From assembly GCF_000181795.1 (NCBI RefSeq), contig NW_003526945.1, positions 2,989,974 to 3,023,945 on the forward strand: a DNA stretch of 33,972 nt, read 5' to 3'. A program made the position numbers and the translations under genes. Below are positions 1 through 13,006 of this stretch, piece by piece (the first letter of the stretch is position 1; every line of letters starts with the position of its first letter). The DNA is from Trichinella spiralis. Lineage: Eukaryota. The notes beneath the pieces were generated by a model. That model did not search any database, was not told the origin of the DNA, and saw only the letters and a list, made by a program, of their open reading frames with translations.

Positions 1-180
1 CCGTCTCAGGTTCAGTGTCAAACGAAAAAGCAGCATATGATTCGATTTTCAAGTCCAACAGTGCAGTCAAGCTAGTTAGCTTTATTCTCGTGCGGCATCT
101 GTCCGCGTTGTCATTCTTCAGATAATTGCTAGGTGGACAGTAGAAATGTAATAGAGCAGACACAAGAGGTGATACACGCC

Positions 181-1437
181 GACGAGAGAGGTGATATGTG
201 GAATGTGGCCAAGCCGTATGCGGTAACGCTGTTGCGGACCGTAGTGAGGCCAGTTCGCCCCGCACTCCCAACGTTAGTAAATCTGGTCGTGACAAGTGTG
301 GTCAACCCACTATAAAAGCCTCCACACCATCACCACAAAAAAGAAAACCGACCACTTCGAGTAGCCCACGTACGCCATGCCTCTCCAAGCGCGGAGCGAG
401 ATCCAAAATTCCGTCCACGCCAGATACACCATCGACTTCTGGCGGTTCAGGTAAGCAACGTGTTTTGGTGTCGCCGTTGCTTAGGACGGAAAAATTGCCC
501 GACCTCGAAGTTCTACAAAGAACCGAGGAACAGGTGACTGTACGGGCAACTTTCCCAATCGCCCAGGCGGTGGTCTGCCCACTGGGATGCGAGAAACCGT
601 ACACGGCCGTGAGACCAGACGGTCAATTTGCGCACCAAACGCTGACTCGTCATTTCATGCGAGTCCACAATTGTCACAGCGTCCAGTGGCATTACCGGTG
701 TCGCAATTGTAATACGGATTTCTTGCCGGCAGATCACCGGTATCCCCTCCGAGTTGTGAACACCCACGTTCGCAGCTGTGTTAGCCGGTGGGAGATAACC
801 CGGAAGTTGGGAGAGAGCGAAGATTTGCATGGAGTTCGTTGCGATCTTTGCGATTACGTAGGCGTGTCGAAAAGAGCCGTCGGATTGCATCGCCGCCGGC
901 ACGCCAACGAGAACATTATGCAAAATACGGGTACGGCCGCTCAAATCGAGGCCTTGAGCAAACAAGTCGGCGAAATACGTGTAGCAGGCGACTATAGTCA
1001 GTTTAAGTTTGGTAAACGGGTTCGGCAATACGTGGCACCAACGCAGAGGCGAGACGGGTTGGACGAAGAGGAGGTTCATGAAGCCGAAGAAGAGGAGGTG
1101 CCAGCCGAATCACGTACCATCCTAGGTGAACCCAGCACCGCAACTGCTATAGGAGCTGAGGAGATCTCTGCAACGGGTCCAGTTCGAGCAGACACAGCTG
1201 CTCAGCAGATGATCTGCCGGATCGGGCAATGGTGTGTCTGGCCGCAGGACTACCATTTCGATCCCCGGCACCTCAGTGCTGGACGGACACGTTGATAGAA
1301 CCTTCATTGATTTGAAACAAAATCCGTTTCTGCAGCGCTATTCCCCGATGGGTGGCGGGGTGTGGAGCGTTGATGAGCTGCTTCAGCAGTAAAGCGGCAT
1401 GCCCATACCACCCACGAGATATCTTGCAGAAGTTTGC
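181..1437 (+). mobile_element. Fragment of a NeSL/Utopia-like (restriction-like endonuclease clade) non-LTR retrotransposon, N-terminal coding region, cut off by a gap
   Basis: GC-rich and intronless, unlike the host DNA. Encodes three zinc fingers. Positions 181-316 are near-identical to 31645-31781, which lies directly behind a U2 snRNA. RT and endonuclease are not in the window. Confidence 0.8.
198..1295 (+). CDS. Partial retrotransposon ORF: Ser/Pro/Arg-rich N-terminus, three zinc fingers and an acidic linker
   Basis: ZF1 C-x3-C-x20-H-x4-H (CPLGC...HFMRVH, 576-668), ZF2 C-x2-C-x18-H-x3-C (CRNC...HVRSC, 699-779), ZF3 C-x2-C-x12-H-x3-H (CDLC...HRRRH, 840-902). The GTG start and the stop at 1295 are probably artefacts of low-quality contig ends. 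Confidence 0.8.
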   Translation: MECGQAVCGNAVADRSEASSPRTPNVSKSGRDKCGQPTIKASTPSPQKRKPTTSSSPRTPCLSKRGARSKIPSTPDTPSTSGGSGKQRVLVSPLLRTEKLPDLEVLQRTEEQVTVRATFPIAQAVVCPLGCEKPYTAVRPDGQFAHQTLTRHFMRVHNCHSVQWHYRCRNCNTDFLPADHRYPLRVVNTHVRSCVSRWEITRKLGESEDLHGVRCDLCDYVGVSKRAVGLHRRRHANENIMQNTGTAAQIEALSKQVGEIRVAGDYSQFKFGKRVRQYVAPTQRRDGLDEEEVHEAEEEEVPAESRTILGEPSTATAIGAEEISATGPVRADTAAQQMICRIGQWCVWPQDYHFDPRHLSAGRTR

Positions 1438-1447
1438 NNNNNNNNNN

Positions 1448-2413
1448 ATTTCATGATTTTTTTACGTACTTTTTGCAATGTTATACGAAGCAATGCCTAA
1501 TTGTTTTCATTTTAAATTGAATTCATAAGTGAAATGTAAAAATTACTGTTTTCTATTTTGGAATCGTTCATAAGTCAAGTACTGTAATGTTCAGAATTTA
1601 TTTATTGAAGTAATTGATAAATAATGTTTTTTTTATTTGGCTTATAGACTTTTCTAAATGTTATTGTACAGGATTTTTTTCTAATTACCCTAACTGAAAA
1701 ATAATTTCCCCTTTGTATTCAGGTTTATTTTTATTTTCATGAAGGAAACCCATCACGTAACTAGTAAACGTAACTTGCTAAATGCTTTGCTGAAGTTGTG
1801 ATTCATCACAAAATATGAATACTTTAATTACAGGATTGTTGAGCCAACGCATACATCTAAGGTTACGTAACTGATTTTCCTCATCATCAAGGATTCTATC
1901 AAAACCGCCTATGCAAAGCATGCTAATTTATGGAATGTTCCCTGTCAGTAGGTTGTCGTAGGTTTTTATTGTTTATCCTGTTTGAAATATTAATTAGAGA
2001 AGCATTTATAAAATTCATATTCATTGTGACAACATTAAAGAAATAAAGTAGAATAAACTAAAGTAAAACAATCATGACCAGAATGTATAATAATGTTAGA
2101 TTTTCATATAAAGCATATCACATAAAGCATCATATTAAATGTAGATAATAATAATAATAATAATAGTAATAAAATTTTACAAAATTCGTTCATCACATTA
2201 AACATAGCAAAAAGCGTTGTAAACATCCTTTATCATTAAATCTTTATTCCATTATTACTGTAGCTGACTGTAGATTTTACCTACAAAGTTTTCTGCTGAT
2301 TTCATTATCCTGAAGACAAATGAGATATATAATTTGATTTTTCATATTTTTATACAGTAGACATTGAGTTGTAACGATATTGTAAACGAAAAACAAACAG
2401 ACTAACTGAAATC
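1448..2413 (+). repeat. About 0.97 kb near-identical direct copy of 28727-29708, forming its own gap-bounded contig
   Basis: The interior matches wherever compared by eye. Differences are small indels near both ends. Flanked by 10-N gaps at 1438-1447 and 2414-2423. Confidence 0.95.
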
Positions 2414-3712
2414 NNNNNNNNNNAAACACGAAATATGCAAAAACCTGCCAGTTCCACGAATACTCATATATGTCGAAAACTTTTCTATACAAATGCAACA
2501 TCGTCGATCGCTTAACGGAGTTCCAGATGGGCTGCTTCCTGTGTATTAGATAGTCACATGGCAACTTTAGAGGCCATTTATTCGACACGTACGCGGTTGT
2601 TTGCCGTGGAACTTTCCAGAACCTATTAATTTTTCACAATTTAGCAATATATAAGAAAAAAAAATCGAAATTTGTGACAAAAGCATACTTTCGAAAATCG
2701 CAAAAACAGCAAAGGCTATAGCCTTGCTTTTTTGAAAAGTCGAAAAATTTAAATTGTAGCAAAAGTGATTTCAATCGATCCGAAAAAATAAGATAATCAC
2801 TACAAACTTTGTCCGACGATGTACAAAAGCGTATTTGATGAGATATTGACAAAAACATTACGTATGTTGCGATTTTAATCGGAGCGATAGGAAAGAAAAT
2901 GAATCCGGCAATCATTATAATCAAGAATATGATTCTATTTTATTAATATTTATGCAAAAACTTCAACCTATACCCTCAAGAAATGTTTCTGACTCTAATA
3001 ACATTTGTACCTGAAATTCATTTTTGTAATACAGAAATCTTTAAATTGAAAAAATTTTATTTACGTAATTTTATTGATTGAAAACGATACAGAAATAAGA
3101 ATTAATTGAAATGAACACAATGAATTACACTTTTCATCTAATATTGCATTACATCTCTCAATCAATGATACGTTTACAAACAAGCAATTCTGTCAAATAT
3201 CTTATTAAATAATCAATTGAGAATAATTCGTAGTATTGTTATTAATAATTGTACAATATTGTTTCTATATATGAAGAAAGAATTCATTAATACATTGCAC
3301 TTCACCAGATGCACGCCTCTTGTTGTACTGTATGATGTGTGTTGTTGTATGATAGTATTGTTATTATTATTTTTGTCGAAATGTGACATTCTGGAACGCT
3401 GTATAGCTAGCTGATGCCTTTCTGTAGAACAATGGTGAATTGCTGTGAAGTATTTATTGTTAACGCACGCCTGTTTTAATAGCCTTTGAAATCAGACAAA
3501 CAGCACAAAAGCAATATAATGGCCAAGCATTGGTTGGGATAGAAATGATTAATACGATTGCTGATAAACAGGACTGATCAGTGTATATTTTACGAATACT
3601 GTAGGCAACTTCCATACGTGCAAGAAAAGCAGAATCACCTGGATCTAACTATAAATAACTTAGCAGAACGAAAAGCAGAATTAAAAAAATTCAGTTTGTC
3701 TTTGTCAGTGTT

Positions 3713-4587
3713 TCAACGAGGCTCGCCTGAATCGACGTGAATCTCATGCAATTCCAAGTCACCTTCAATACGCATTCCTTTCAAAGTATTCGGATCAATG
3801 CGATGCGCAAATGCACACCAGTGAATATCGCCAAAATAAATCTGCAATAATTTAATACATTTATTAGTTGCCAACATATTAAAAACTTTGTTACACTGCT
3901 TACTTGGAATGCGTATCCTTCATTAGCAATCATCAAATCGAACATGTGATCTTTTTCCAATGGGAACTTTCCTTCGCGTTCTTCAGCTTGCCAACTGCCA
4001 CCTATACGACTGTTTCGCACGATGCACTAAGGGGAAAAGTTTCCATTAATTCGACTTAGATGCATGCCGTAGTTAATAATAATATAATACGCTAACCTTT
4101 TCATCAAAACGAACGTTTAAGTGCAGTGCAATGTCACAGTTTCCAGTCAAAATGTTCACGGCAAACCGTTTAGCTTTCTTCTCCGGTACGCCAGTTATGA
4201 ACAACGTTTTACCAACTGGAAATCCGCCTTTTACGCATGCTTCATACGGCACAGGCTGAAACAAAGAAATTCAATGCTTCCTGCTAACTGCTACTGGCAT
4301 GCAAACAGTTCCTTTTATTAGCTTCTTGAATTTTATAACCGCTGAAATTATTTATATTTCATGGAATTTAGCAGAAATTCGTTTGTGTAGTGGTGTAGTT
4401 CTTACTTTGAAATGGAAATAAGTTTCAAATTTTAACATCAAATTACAAAATACTTACATAATATTTTCCTGCCCATTTAACTTGATTCAATTCAATATCG
4501 CCAGTGATGCTGATGTAATTGATAGAAGTCAGCACTTGACGATAATCATATTCACAAAGTTCTTTTTGGTTCAAAAATATCTTAAAT

Positions 4588-4634
<47 letters not shown>

Positions 4635-5018
4635 CTTCATATTTAAATTGCATACCTCAAATTTGCTATCGTGTGCACGAATTCTCAAATCAAATGCTTC
4701 GTTTTCTTTCAAAGAAATTTTCTTGCGCTCCTCCTTTCCCCACTGACTAAGGTACTGTGAATTCATCAGACAAACTTTGTCCTTGCGACGAAATCCCATA
4801 TGAAAAGGGATATCATCTACATCTTTTGAACCAGTTTGCATGTTGACATCAAATCTGTAGTCAAAAAAGCAAACAACACTTTTATAATTATCCATATGAA
4901 AATGATGTGAAATATTTTGTATATCATCATACTTGTCACCCAGAAGCACTCCTCGAATGTGCAATGATTGGCCTGGTTCAACCGGCTTATCTTCTAATCT
5001 GGACAGATACGGAACCAT
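3713..5018 (-). CDS. Tandem-repeat (two-CRD) galectin, core exons 5018-4933, 4854-4656, 4580-4458, 4255-4097, 4026-3904, 3841-3713; true N-terminus probably in upstream exon(s)
   Basis: GT-AG introns with consistent phases. Two (P/M)VPY-initiated domains: N-CRD FHMGFR...MNS...WGKEER and C-CRD LHLNVRFDEK-CIVRNS...WQAEER. Ends IEGDLELHEIHVDSGEPR*. Resembles nematode LEC-1/2/3-type galectins. Confidence 0.93.
4591..4633. repeat. (AAT)n microsatellite in a galectin intron
   Basis: Uninterrupted ataataata run. Confidence 0.95.
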
Positions 5019-5702
5019 CTATAAAATTAGCAAATCAATTTACATGTTTTATTAATTGACTGTCCTTTTTTCAACAATCCAGCCCATTTAACAAAATGAA
5101 CTATTGTAACTTTTTATGCTTGAAATTATTTTCAAAGTCGAAACTGAACTGTTCAGTAGTTATAACATATATTAACACCGCCAAATTCGCAACTGGAATA
5201 TTTCGTCCATGCGATGAATCTGCGTTGTAAATTAATGAAATGATTTTTCTATTGTGATGATTTGTACTTTTGTTTTTAATGCATTTTTGTCGTCAACCGA
5301 AGCTCAACAGCAAGCCTCAGTGCCATTACATTGTAACAGTTCATTCAAGCAAACAGCCATGATAATGATGATGATTATTATTATTCGTTGGGTTTTTGAA
5401 AAGGAAATTAAAAATAAAGCGATGGCAAGAAGAAATGGAAAAAAATATCGCCTATTTTAAAGAAATTTGAAATGATGTACTTTTGTTAGTTGAAATGAAA
5501 TTTGACAAATGTAATTGATGCTCATGTTCATCAACGAATCTTGAAGAGTGTTAAAATAAAAATACAACCGCTTTTATTAAGGTTCGGTTGGTCCCAAAAA
5601 ATTGATCTGTCAGCATTCGAAGCGAACATTTGCCAGATGTCAATGTTGCTTCTAGAAAAAGTTGCTGCCTGCTTAGATAACGATGGAGGGAGTGACACAG
5701 AG

Positions 5703-5705
<3 letters not shown>

Positions 5706-5742
<37 letters not shown>

Positions 5743-5797
5743 GGAGAGAGAGGGGGAGAGAGGCTGCACTCAAATACACACACACACACACACACAC
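5706..5797. repeat. Compound (GA)n and (CA)n microsatellite
   Basis: GA run at about 5706-5762 and CA run at about 5776-5797. Confidence 0.95.
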
Positions 5798-6131
5798 TTT
5801 CTCGCTCAATCACTCATCAATAATATTGATCTTCTTGCTTCTTTTTGAAAAACAACGACATCATGTATGTCATAACATTGTTCATTCTTTCGTTCATCAC
5901 CTTCATCAATAATTAAAAAATAATTTTTTGACTTTGGTTTTAAAAATTGAAACAACTGATTCTCTTGTTCGAACACTTAACATTCGTTCCCATACGATTG
6001 ACCAATAAATGCACGGCTTTGTTTAAATTTGAAAATTGTTTAAAAATCAATTCATTCATCATGCTTGTGTTCACTACTTTGTGCCAGTATCTATAAATAA
6101 TTAGCCTTATTATTTGCTTGATGTGCATAAC

Positions 6132-6168
6132 CTTCGCCTCCTCCTCCTCCTCATCTTCTGATTGAATG
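6132..6168 (-). CDS. Candidate 37-nt galectin 5' exon encoding (S)IQSEDEEEEEAK
   Basis: Acceptor ttgttgctgcAG and donor AAG|GTTATG. Starts in phase 2 and ends in phase 0, which fits the 5018 acceptor. Confidence 0.5.
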
Positions 6169-8694
6169 CTGCAGCAACAAGTTAACCAATTAGGGATTGG
6201 TTCGTCAAAAATGAGATGTTCTATTCTTTTTCATTTTATTGTTTTTGCTTTTCAATACGACGATGATTCGCGTTTTTCCACCAGGCCTAAGTTGTGAAGA
6301 ACAGAGATGATGCACATGCTAGCTGCCAGCTTGCAACTAGGCGGAGTAATCCGCAATTTTCAGACGCCCTTGTGCAACAAAAGCAGCTTGCAGTAGAAAC
6401 AGAGCAAAAAAGAACCTGCTTCATGAATGAATGGAAATCAATAAATTTTTACCAACAAACAAACGATGCAAGTATTAGCTTCGCCAAAAATGGGACATTA
6501 TTATTCTGGTAATTTGACAACACACCATATTCGGGCAAATGGGAAAGAAATAAACTGGTCACCAACGACAGGCAGCAACCAATACCTTATTATACAAAGT
6601 TGGTCATCATTTTCAATCGTCGATTTGTTTTCCAGATTGAGAATTTGCCCGAATTATTATTTTACCCTTTTTCTTTTTATTTCCTTCCTCTCTTTCCTTA
6701 ATAAATTTCCAAAGTGCAGCACCTGTTTCCAATTTCGCCGTTATATATTATACCCTGTACACAATATATAACAAGTCAGTAGAACTAGTGGCAGGCGCAG
6801 GGTTTATTATTGCACTGCCTGCCTGAACACGAGGGTTATCAGAATGATTGTATCAGTTCAGCCATTTAAAAACGTCCACCACCTGGGAACCGAAAATGCA
6901 AACCAATTTGCATCCTGATCAAATGTTAAACGTCAAAAGCAATTTCAGCTTTTAAAGGAAAACACATAGGCCAAAAAAAGAAGATACAACCAACTTTATC
7001 TGTCATAAAATGCCAAAAAATAAGTAAAATGAAATCGAAAAATGACAGATAACGCTTGTCTGCTTGTGAACACGCTTATACTTTATTCTTTCAATTTGTG
7101 ATTGTACAAAAATGTGCTCATCACACTCATCATCGGTCATTTCGAATTCACGATAACGTTCATCAATCAACGCATCACAGACTATTTTTATCGATTATCA
7201 GAGAAGCAATAAGCTGAAAAAAACGAAGAAAAAAAAGAACCCCAAGCGTTTGTTTTATTTCAAACAACCTTCGACGATTTTTCTTCTTCTTCTTCTTCTT
7301 CAAAAGGTGATATTCTTCTTCTTTTCTGCATAATCATTGATTGATTCGTTTGTAATATTTTATTCGACGCGTATTTTGAAGAAGGAAAATTTATTCGATC
7401 AATTTATTAACAAAATTGCTCTCCACGCTATTTTTAGTTATTCATTTTTGATGAAACAACGTCCGTTTTGCGTCGTCAATTGATGGAAAATTATTTATTT
7501 TACTGCTGCTGCTGTTGCTGCTGCGGATGCTGACGGATGCGTTTGAAACTCGAAACAACAAATACGTCAGTGTTGAAGAAGCAGAGCCCCTCAATTTTTG
7601 AAAGCAAATTCTGGCTGTAGCAGAAAATATACTCGCCGAGCAGTTGGAATCTTGACGAAAAATCGACTGACTGACTGCGCTTGCAATAGTTAACAATCTC
7701 AGGCAACTAGCAGTTGAGATGAGAAGCGGCGATGCGAGCTGTCCGTCTTTGGCAAATTCAATCCCGACGGTATAGTTTCAGATTTGCTTGCAGCTGAAGC
7801 TGAAACTGCGAAAAGGAATAATTTCCCTCCACACTACACGAAGCTTAATTTACGAAAGTGATGATTATGATGACGATGTACGTTTGAAAATGTTGTCCGT
7901 TTTCTTTCCTTCTGTCAAATTGGGTGAAATTTTAGTCGACATAGCTAACGAAACAATACAATGACTAAAATGCCAACAAAGGCAAGCCTGTCAGAATCCA
8001 AACCAATCCTGAGCTAATCGGCATATTATTATTATTTTTTTGTTTTTTTACTTTTGATTTTTATGGTTGTTTTCAAGTTTTTACATTGCTATTGTTACCA
8101 GTTCAATTGAATAATTGAAATTTAACCAAAAAACAACCGCTAAATTAAGCAGTGTGGAAAAAGTTTTTGCCCGTTGCACGTTCCAAAAAGCCGTAAAAGA
8201 ACAAGTTTGCCATGGTGGTTTGTCCTGGCATGCAATGACCTATGCAAAACTGGAATGTCCATACTGTGAAATGTGTGACTAGCCGACAAATGGGCGTTCA
8301 CCAATTTAAACACCACTACAAGAAGAATTTAATGGTCACAGCTCTTGGTAAGCAAGCAGCTGTCAGTAAGTAAGTTTTCAACAGCAAAATGTCTTCATAT
8401 TCATTTGATGAAGCTGTCAACAGTGTTATTGCTGCTACTTTGTTATTGTTTGGAAAAATTATGAATTATAAAATGGAAATTTTGCACCAATTGCAATTTT
8501 TGTTTCGCAAAAAGTTTCTGTCTACATGTTTGACTTTTCAAAAGAGAATACTGTCGCGTCACGTTGTAACGTAACGCAAATAATTGCACTGCTTTCACGC
8601 TGTTTGTGTGTTTGCGTGTGTGCGTCTGTGTGCGTACACAGAGAGGCGTATTACGTGGAAAATATTGAATAGCCAAGGTGGAAAAAATGCTTAC

Positions 8695-8739
8695 CAGAGT
8701 TCTCTTTTCATGTTCATCTTTCTCGTGAACCGAAGCCAT
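8695..8739 (-). CDS. Candidate alternative first coding exon of the galectin (MASVHEKDEHEKRTL)
   Basis: gccATGG start context, 45 nt, strong CTG|GTAAGC donor, phase 0 matching the MVPY exon. Confidence 0.5.
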
Positions 8740-9447
8740 GGCAGTAGGAGACAATAATCAATAGTAATTGTTGCTCAGCGTTCGTGGGATTTTTTTTCTT
8801 TCACTTAACAGCGACCACTGCCTTTCAACAGCTCTGCAAACATGAAAATACAAAAAATGTTCATCAAAACAACAACAACAACAACAGCAAATATTTAATA
8901 AGATTGAATAATTTATCTCTGCCATTATTGGTAAAACAAAAGTCACAAGTGAAAAAAATTGAAGAACCGATTGCTCTCAAGTGGGATGAGATGATGAAAG
9001 TGACAAGTTCAATGTGAACAACAGCAACAGCAACAGAGCACTGCACAGCAGAGCAGAGCAGAGTCGAGCAGCGCAAGAGAAACGGAACAGAGAAACCGAC
9101 AACGTACGCCTCGGTGGAACGTAAAACTGAAACAAACTGGCACATTCGGACCACTTCATGCTAACCTGATCTGCATAGTGGCGCTGCAATCATCGATTGC
9201 ACAATTTCGACCAATAAGCTCAAAGAATGAAGAAGATGATCAACGTAATTCGCCTGCGGAGGCAGCAGCAGAGCTGTTTGTCAAAAAATTAATAATTCTG
9301 TAAACTAAACTGATTTGCAACTTTTCAACAATTCGAACATAAATCTGATAACAATTTTTAAAAATGGTAAATTTTTTCAAATATGAATCAATCACCTCTG
9401 TTCTGGCAGAGTATATCTGTCTAAAAAATTGATTTTACAAGCGCCAG

Positions 9448-9449
<2 letters not shown>

Positions 9450-9478
<29 letters not shown>
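9450..9478. repeat. (TA)n microsatellite
   Basis: Pure TA run. Confidence 0.9.
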
Positions 9479-9480
<2 letters not shown>

Positions 9481-10657
9481 TAGTTATATGTCAGTTGTTT
9501 GGTTGAAATATAAAACCTGAAATTTGTTTAAAATTATTAAACGATAAAATTATCAAAGGAAGCAACTGCAGAAAAATTGGAACTAGTTTCAATACGTGCA
9601 TTCCTTCAACAAAGAAAGCATTCCAATTATCATACACTTATAATGAATATCTTGAATATAAACTATACTGATGACCATGATAATTCGATACTTGTCTGTC
9701 GTAAATGTGCAATTTTTACAAATGCAAAGCTTGAAAAAGTAAAATTTATGCTAGCTCAACTTATTTTTTCCAATTAATATTAATTTATAATAACAAATAT
9801 TTGCAACGAACATTCAAAAGTCTGACAGCTGAAAATGTCCAATTCAACGTGACATACGTTGGAAAAGCTTCGACATAACGTTCTGCTAATTTTTTTAAAT
9901 AATTAACATTATATTATTCTTCGGAAGAAAACAGAAACTGAAAAGCGTTGAAAACTAAAAATAACATCACAATTTTTTACGGTCTAATATTGGCAAATTG
10001 CTGCCGTTCTTATAAATAAATTCTCAGTTTTATAACAATCGAACAAAGAAAAAATCAATATTGAATTTAGAACAGATCAATTCGCTTTGTATAAGAAAGA
10101 TGAAGGCTTTTAGTTTTGAGCAACTGCTAATTTGCAAAAAGAAAAAACAACCATGTGATGTAGAATTCTCTCGCCGTTCACAGAGAGGTAGTAGGTGTCC
10201 AAATTTTCCAAGAATACACTGCTATGACAGAATAAGCTGCGGATGGGAGAACGATGAAAAAAAAACAGCATTACAAATAACCTAGAGATCTAGACGCGTT
10301 TTTGCATTTTTGCAAAATTTCACATTCCTCTCGGCAGATTCATGAACGAACAATTATTGCCCAAAGAACAGGTGACAAATACCACCGATGATTCACAGCA
10401 TTTGCGTCGTAGGTTGTTTGCTGTCTGTGCTGTGCTGTCTTTTTTACACTTTGCAATCACTGATGAGAAATTGATTTCCAACTTTCTTTTTTCCCAACTG
10501 CCTACGAGAGAAAGTGCACACTATTGGTACGACAAATCCAACAACGTCTGCAATTAAGGATGCCCGAAAAATGGTTGCCTCCCCCTACACAAACTCATTT
10601 ACAATTGGAATTGCACAGCTAATTGTGTGAATACCTTTCATTCAAAATACCAAAAAT

Positions 10658-10658
10658 T

Positions 10659-10695
<37 letters not shown>
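10658..10695. repeat. Imperfect (TA)n microsatellite
   Basis: TA run with two CA interruptions. Confidence 0.85.
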
Positions 10696-10699
<4 letters not shown>

Positions 10700-13006
10700 G
10701 CTCGCATCCTTTGGGGCAAAGGATTGACTTCTACTAGCTGTATTCTTGTTCTCAATACTGGTGTAGCTGCATATATCTCTTTTTGTTTTATTCTTAAGAA
10801 TTGTATTATTGCTGTAGTTGTTGTCGTCGTCGTCTTGTATTCAACTATTGCTCGACAAACAAAGACAGGAAACTTTAAAATTATGCAAGTTTTGCAAATT
10901 TATCCCCTAAGGCAGAACAAGCACGTCACGTCGAGTCGTGTGTTTATCTAAAAATTTGCCATTGCCGTCAATTTGTCAAACTTCCAAGTGCAACAAATTT
11001 CGCTGCACTTTCGCATCAATGGCAAAGAAGCGTCGTTTTCACCGCAACCGCGCAACCATTGGGCAAACAAACAATCTGCTACAATTATTCGCCCTTTCGT
11101 GCTTGCTTTTCCCCTTTTTTTCTATCACAATCAGCATAATAATATCAACTGTGCAAAAAAAATGCTTGCCCATCACAACGATGAATATGTTCGTATTTGT
11201 TGAACAAAAGAAATAGCAATAATAATAGAAGACGCGTCGTTCTATTGAAAATTGATTCACCATAGGAGAAAAAAAACAGGCAATTTTTATGTTCAACTAT
11301 GCAATCAAGATAATGGAAGTGTTTTTCCTTTGGAATCGCTAGCATTTCAGTGAGATAGATATTCAGTGTTTCATTTTCCAACAATCGTAATCAGCTGGAC
11401 TGCGATTAGTAAAAGCAGACAAGTAGAATATAATGCTGGCTAATTTTTCAACAACAGCAGACGTGTTGTGCCGTATCCCGTCTGTCAAGCCAGGGAGCAT
11501 TTTCTTGTTTCTCTCAAATTTTCCATCTCAACTCATTTCATCAGAAGTATAAAAAGTGAACAACTGATTGCTCGTTGCTTCAAAGTTTTCCAAATTATAC
11601 ATGCAAAAATTTCATTCATTGCCCAACTGATTTCACGATCACTCATCAGCGATACCAATGATAATATTATCATTTTCATGATTAGATCCGAGTTGTAGCC
11701 TCTACTTTCGAAACTTTCTACAAGCCGATCGTCCGTTTCCTGACAAGCCTCCCACAGTTAGCTCAACACTGCCACAGGAAAATCATCTATCTGCCCAATG
11801 TGAAAAGTTCTCGTCACGAAAACGAGCGAACTTTTCTCAAATTTGGCTCAATTCAAATCATTTTTTTTGCAAATTCCGATACTGCAATTTCGCTTCTGCC
11901 GCCTGATGGTTGCAAAACACGAACAACAATCTGCTCTGGTTTCACAATAATTATTAGAATTATGCAAATGCAGGCACAGGTGAAGCGTGTGCACCAGTTT
12001 CTTCTCATTATTGTCCGTTTGTTCATTTCTGTGTCAACAATACACCAAGTATTAATTAAGCAAGACTGATGAAATTGTGCGTTCAGTTTTGTGCAAATTT
12101 TACTCAGCTTGCAGGAATAACTTCGAAAAAAGTTCCAAATGTGCAAACATGCATGCGTGAATATTTTTTGTTTTTTCAAAAATCTGCATTTAGCTGTTTT
12201 CTTTTCCAATTCAGAAATAATACTTGAAAGAAAAAAAAATAAAACTAATCTTCAGAAATGCTAAACGAAACGATTCTGACGAAAGATTAGCAGTAATTTT
12301 GACGTCAACTTCTTTATCACGTTCAAACTCTCGAATCCTGTTTAAAAATATTTCAAAGCAGAGTTGCAATATATTTCATTTGAAATATACTGCATTGTGT
12401 CTGTGTGTGTGTAGTTCATTTTTTAAATTCCCTTTTTTCTCTCCAAAAACTGAACAACATCTTCCTTCGAATGGATGGGACAGGTGAATAAATTTATGAA
12501 TGTTGTACAATATGAAAAGTGTATTAAAAAGTTAAAAATTATCAGTTGTCTTAATAAACAGAATTTTCAAAATCTGAACAACACGAAAATCTGTCTCTTA
12601 TTTGCAATGAATTGCAATTGAACTGCAGCTGCAGAACGTGTGCTTGTTTTCATCATGTCATAAGTTTAAATCAAACGTTATTGACGTTTGTGTTTGCTAT
12701 TTCCATACCAAGCACAGCTTGCTCGATCTGCAAAAACGCGCTGAAAAGCTTTGATAAAAGAAATAACAGGAGAATGCTAAAATCTGTTTTGTAACTGATT
12801 TTGCCATTGAAATTGAAATCAAAAACCGAAATTTCATGTGTACTATGTCACTGTTTCATTCTGTTGACATGTTATTCTAATTGTATACTTGATAAATTCA
12901 GTTATCATAAAGATCAACTTCATATTACGATTCTTCATTATTATAATAATTATTATTATATTCATAAATCACAATGAGATAAGAAGTGGAAGAAAAATTA
13001 TATTAC

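Noticed and set aside
302..1307. Minus-strand ORFs over the element (also 31104-31735)
   Set aside because: Antisense shadows of GC-rich plus-strand coding or U2 sequence, with no recognisable motifs.
1448..2413. Duplicated segment as an LTR or a repeat flanking a composite element
   Set aside because: No TG...CA ends, primer-binding site or target-site duplication. It is a gap-bounded contig with errors at its ends, so assembly redundancy is more likely.
5502..5912. ORFs with ERERER, HTHTHT and SLSLSL tracts
   Set aside because: Translations of the GA and CA microsatellites.
7442..7850. Slightly GC-richer stretch with CTG repeats and short ORFs
   Set aside because: No recognisable domain or consistent splice structure.
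9019..9075. Degenerate ACAGCA/GAGCA short repeats
   Set aside because: Low-complexity simple repeat without spacer structure, so not CRISPR-like.
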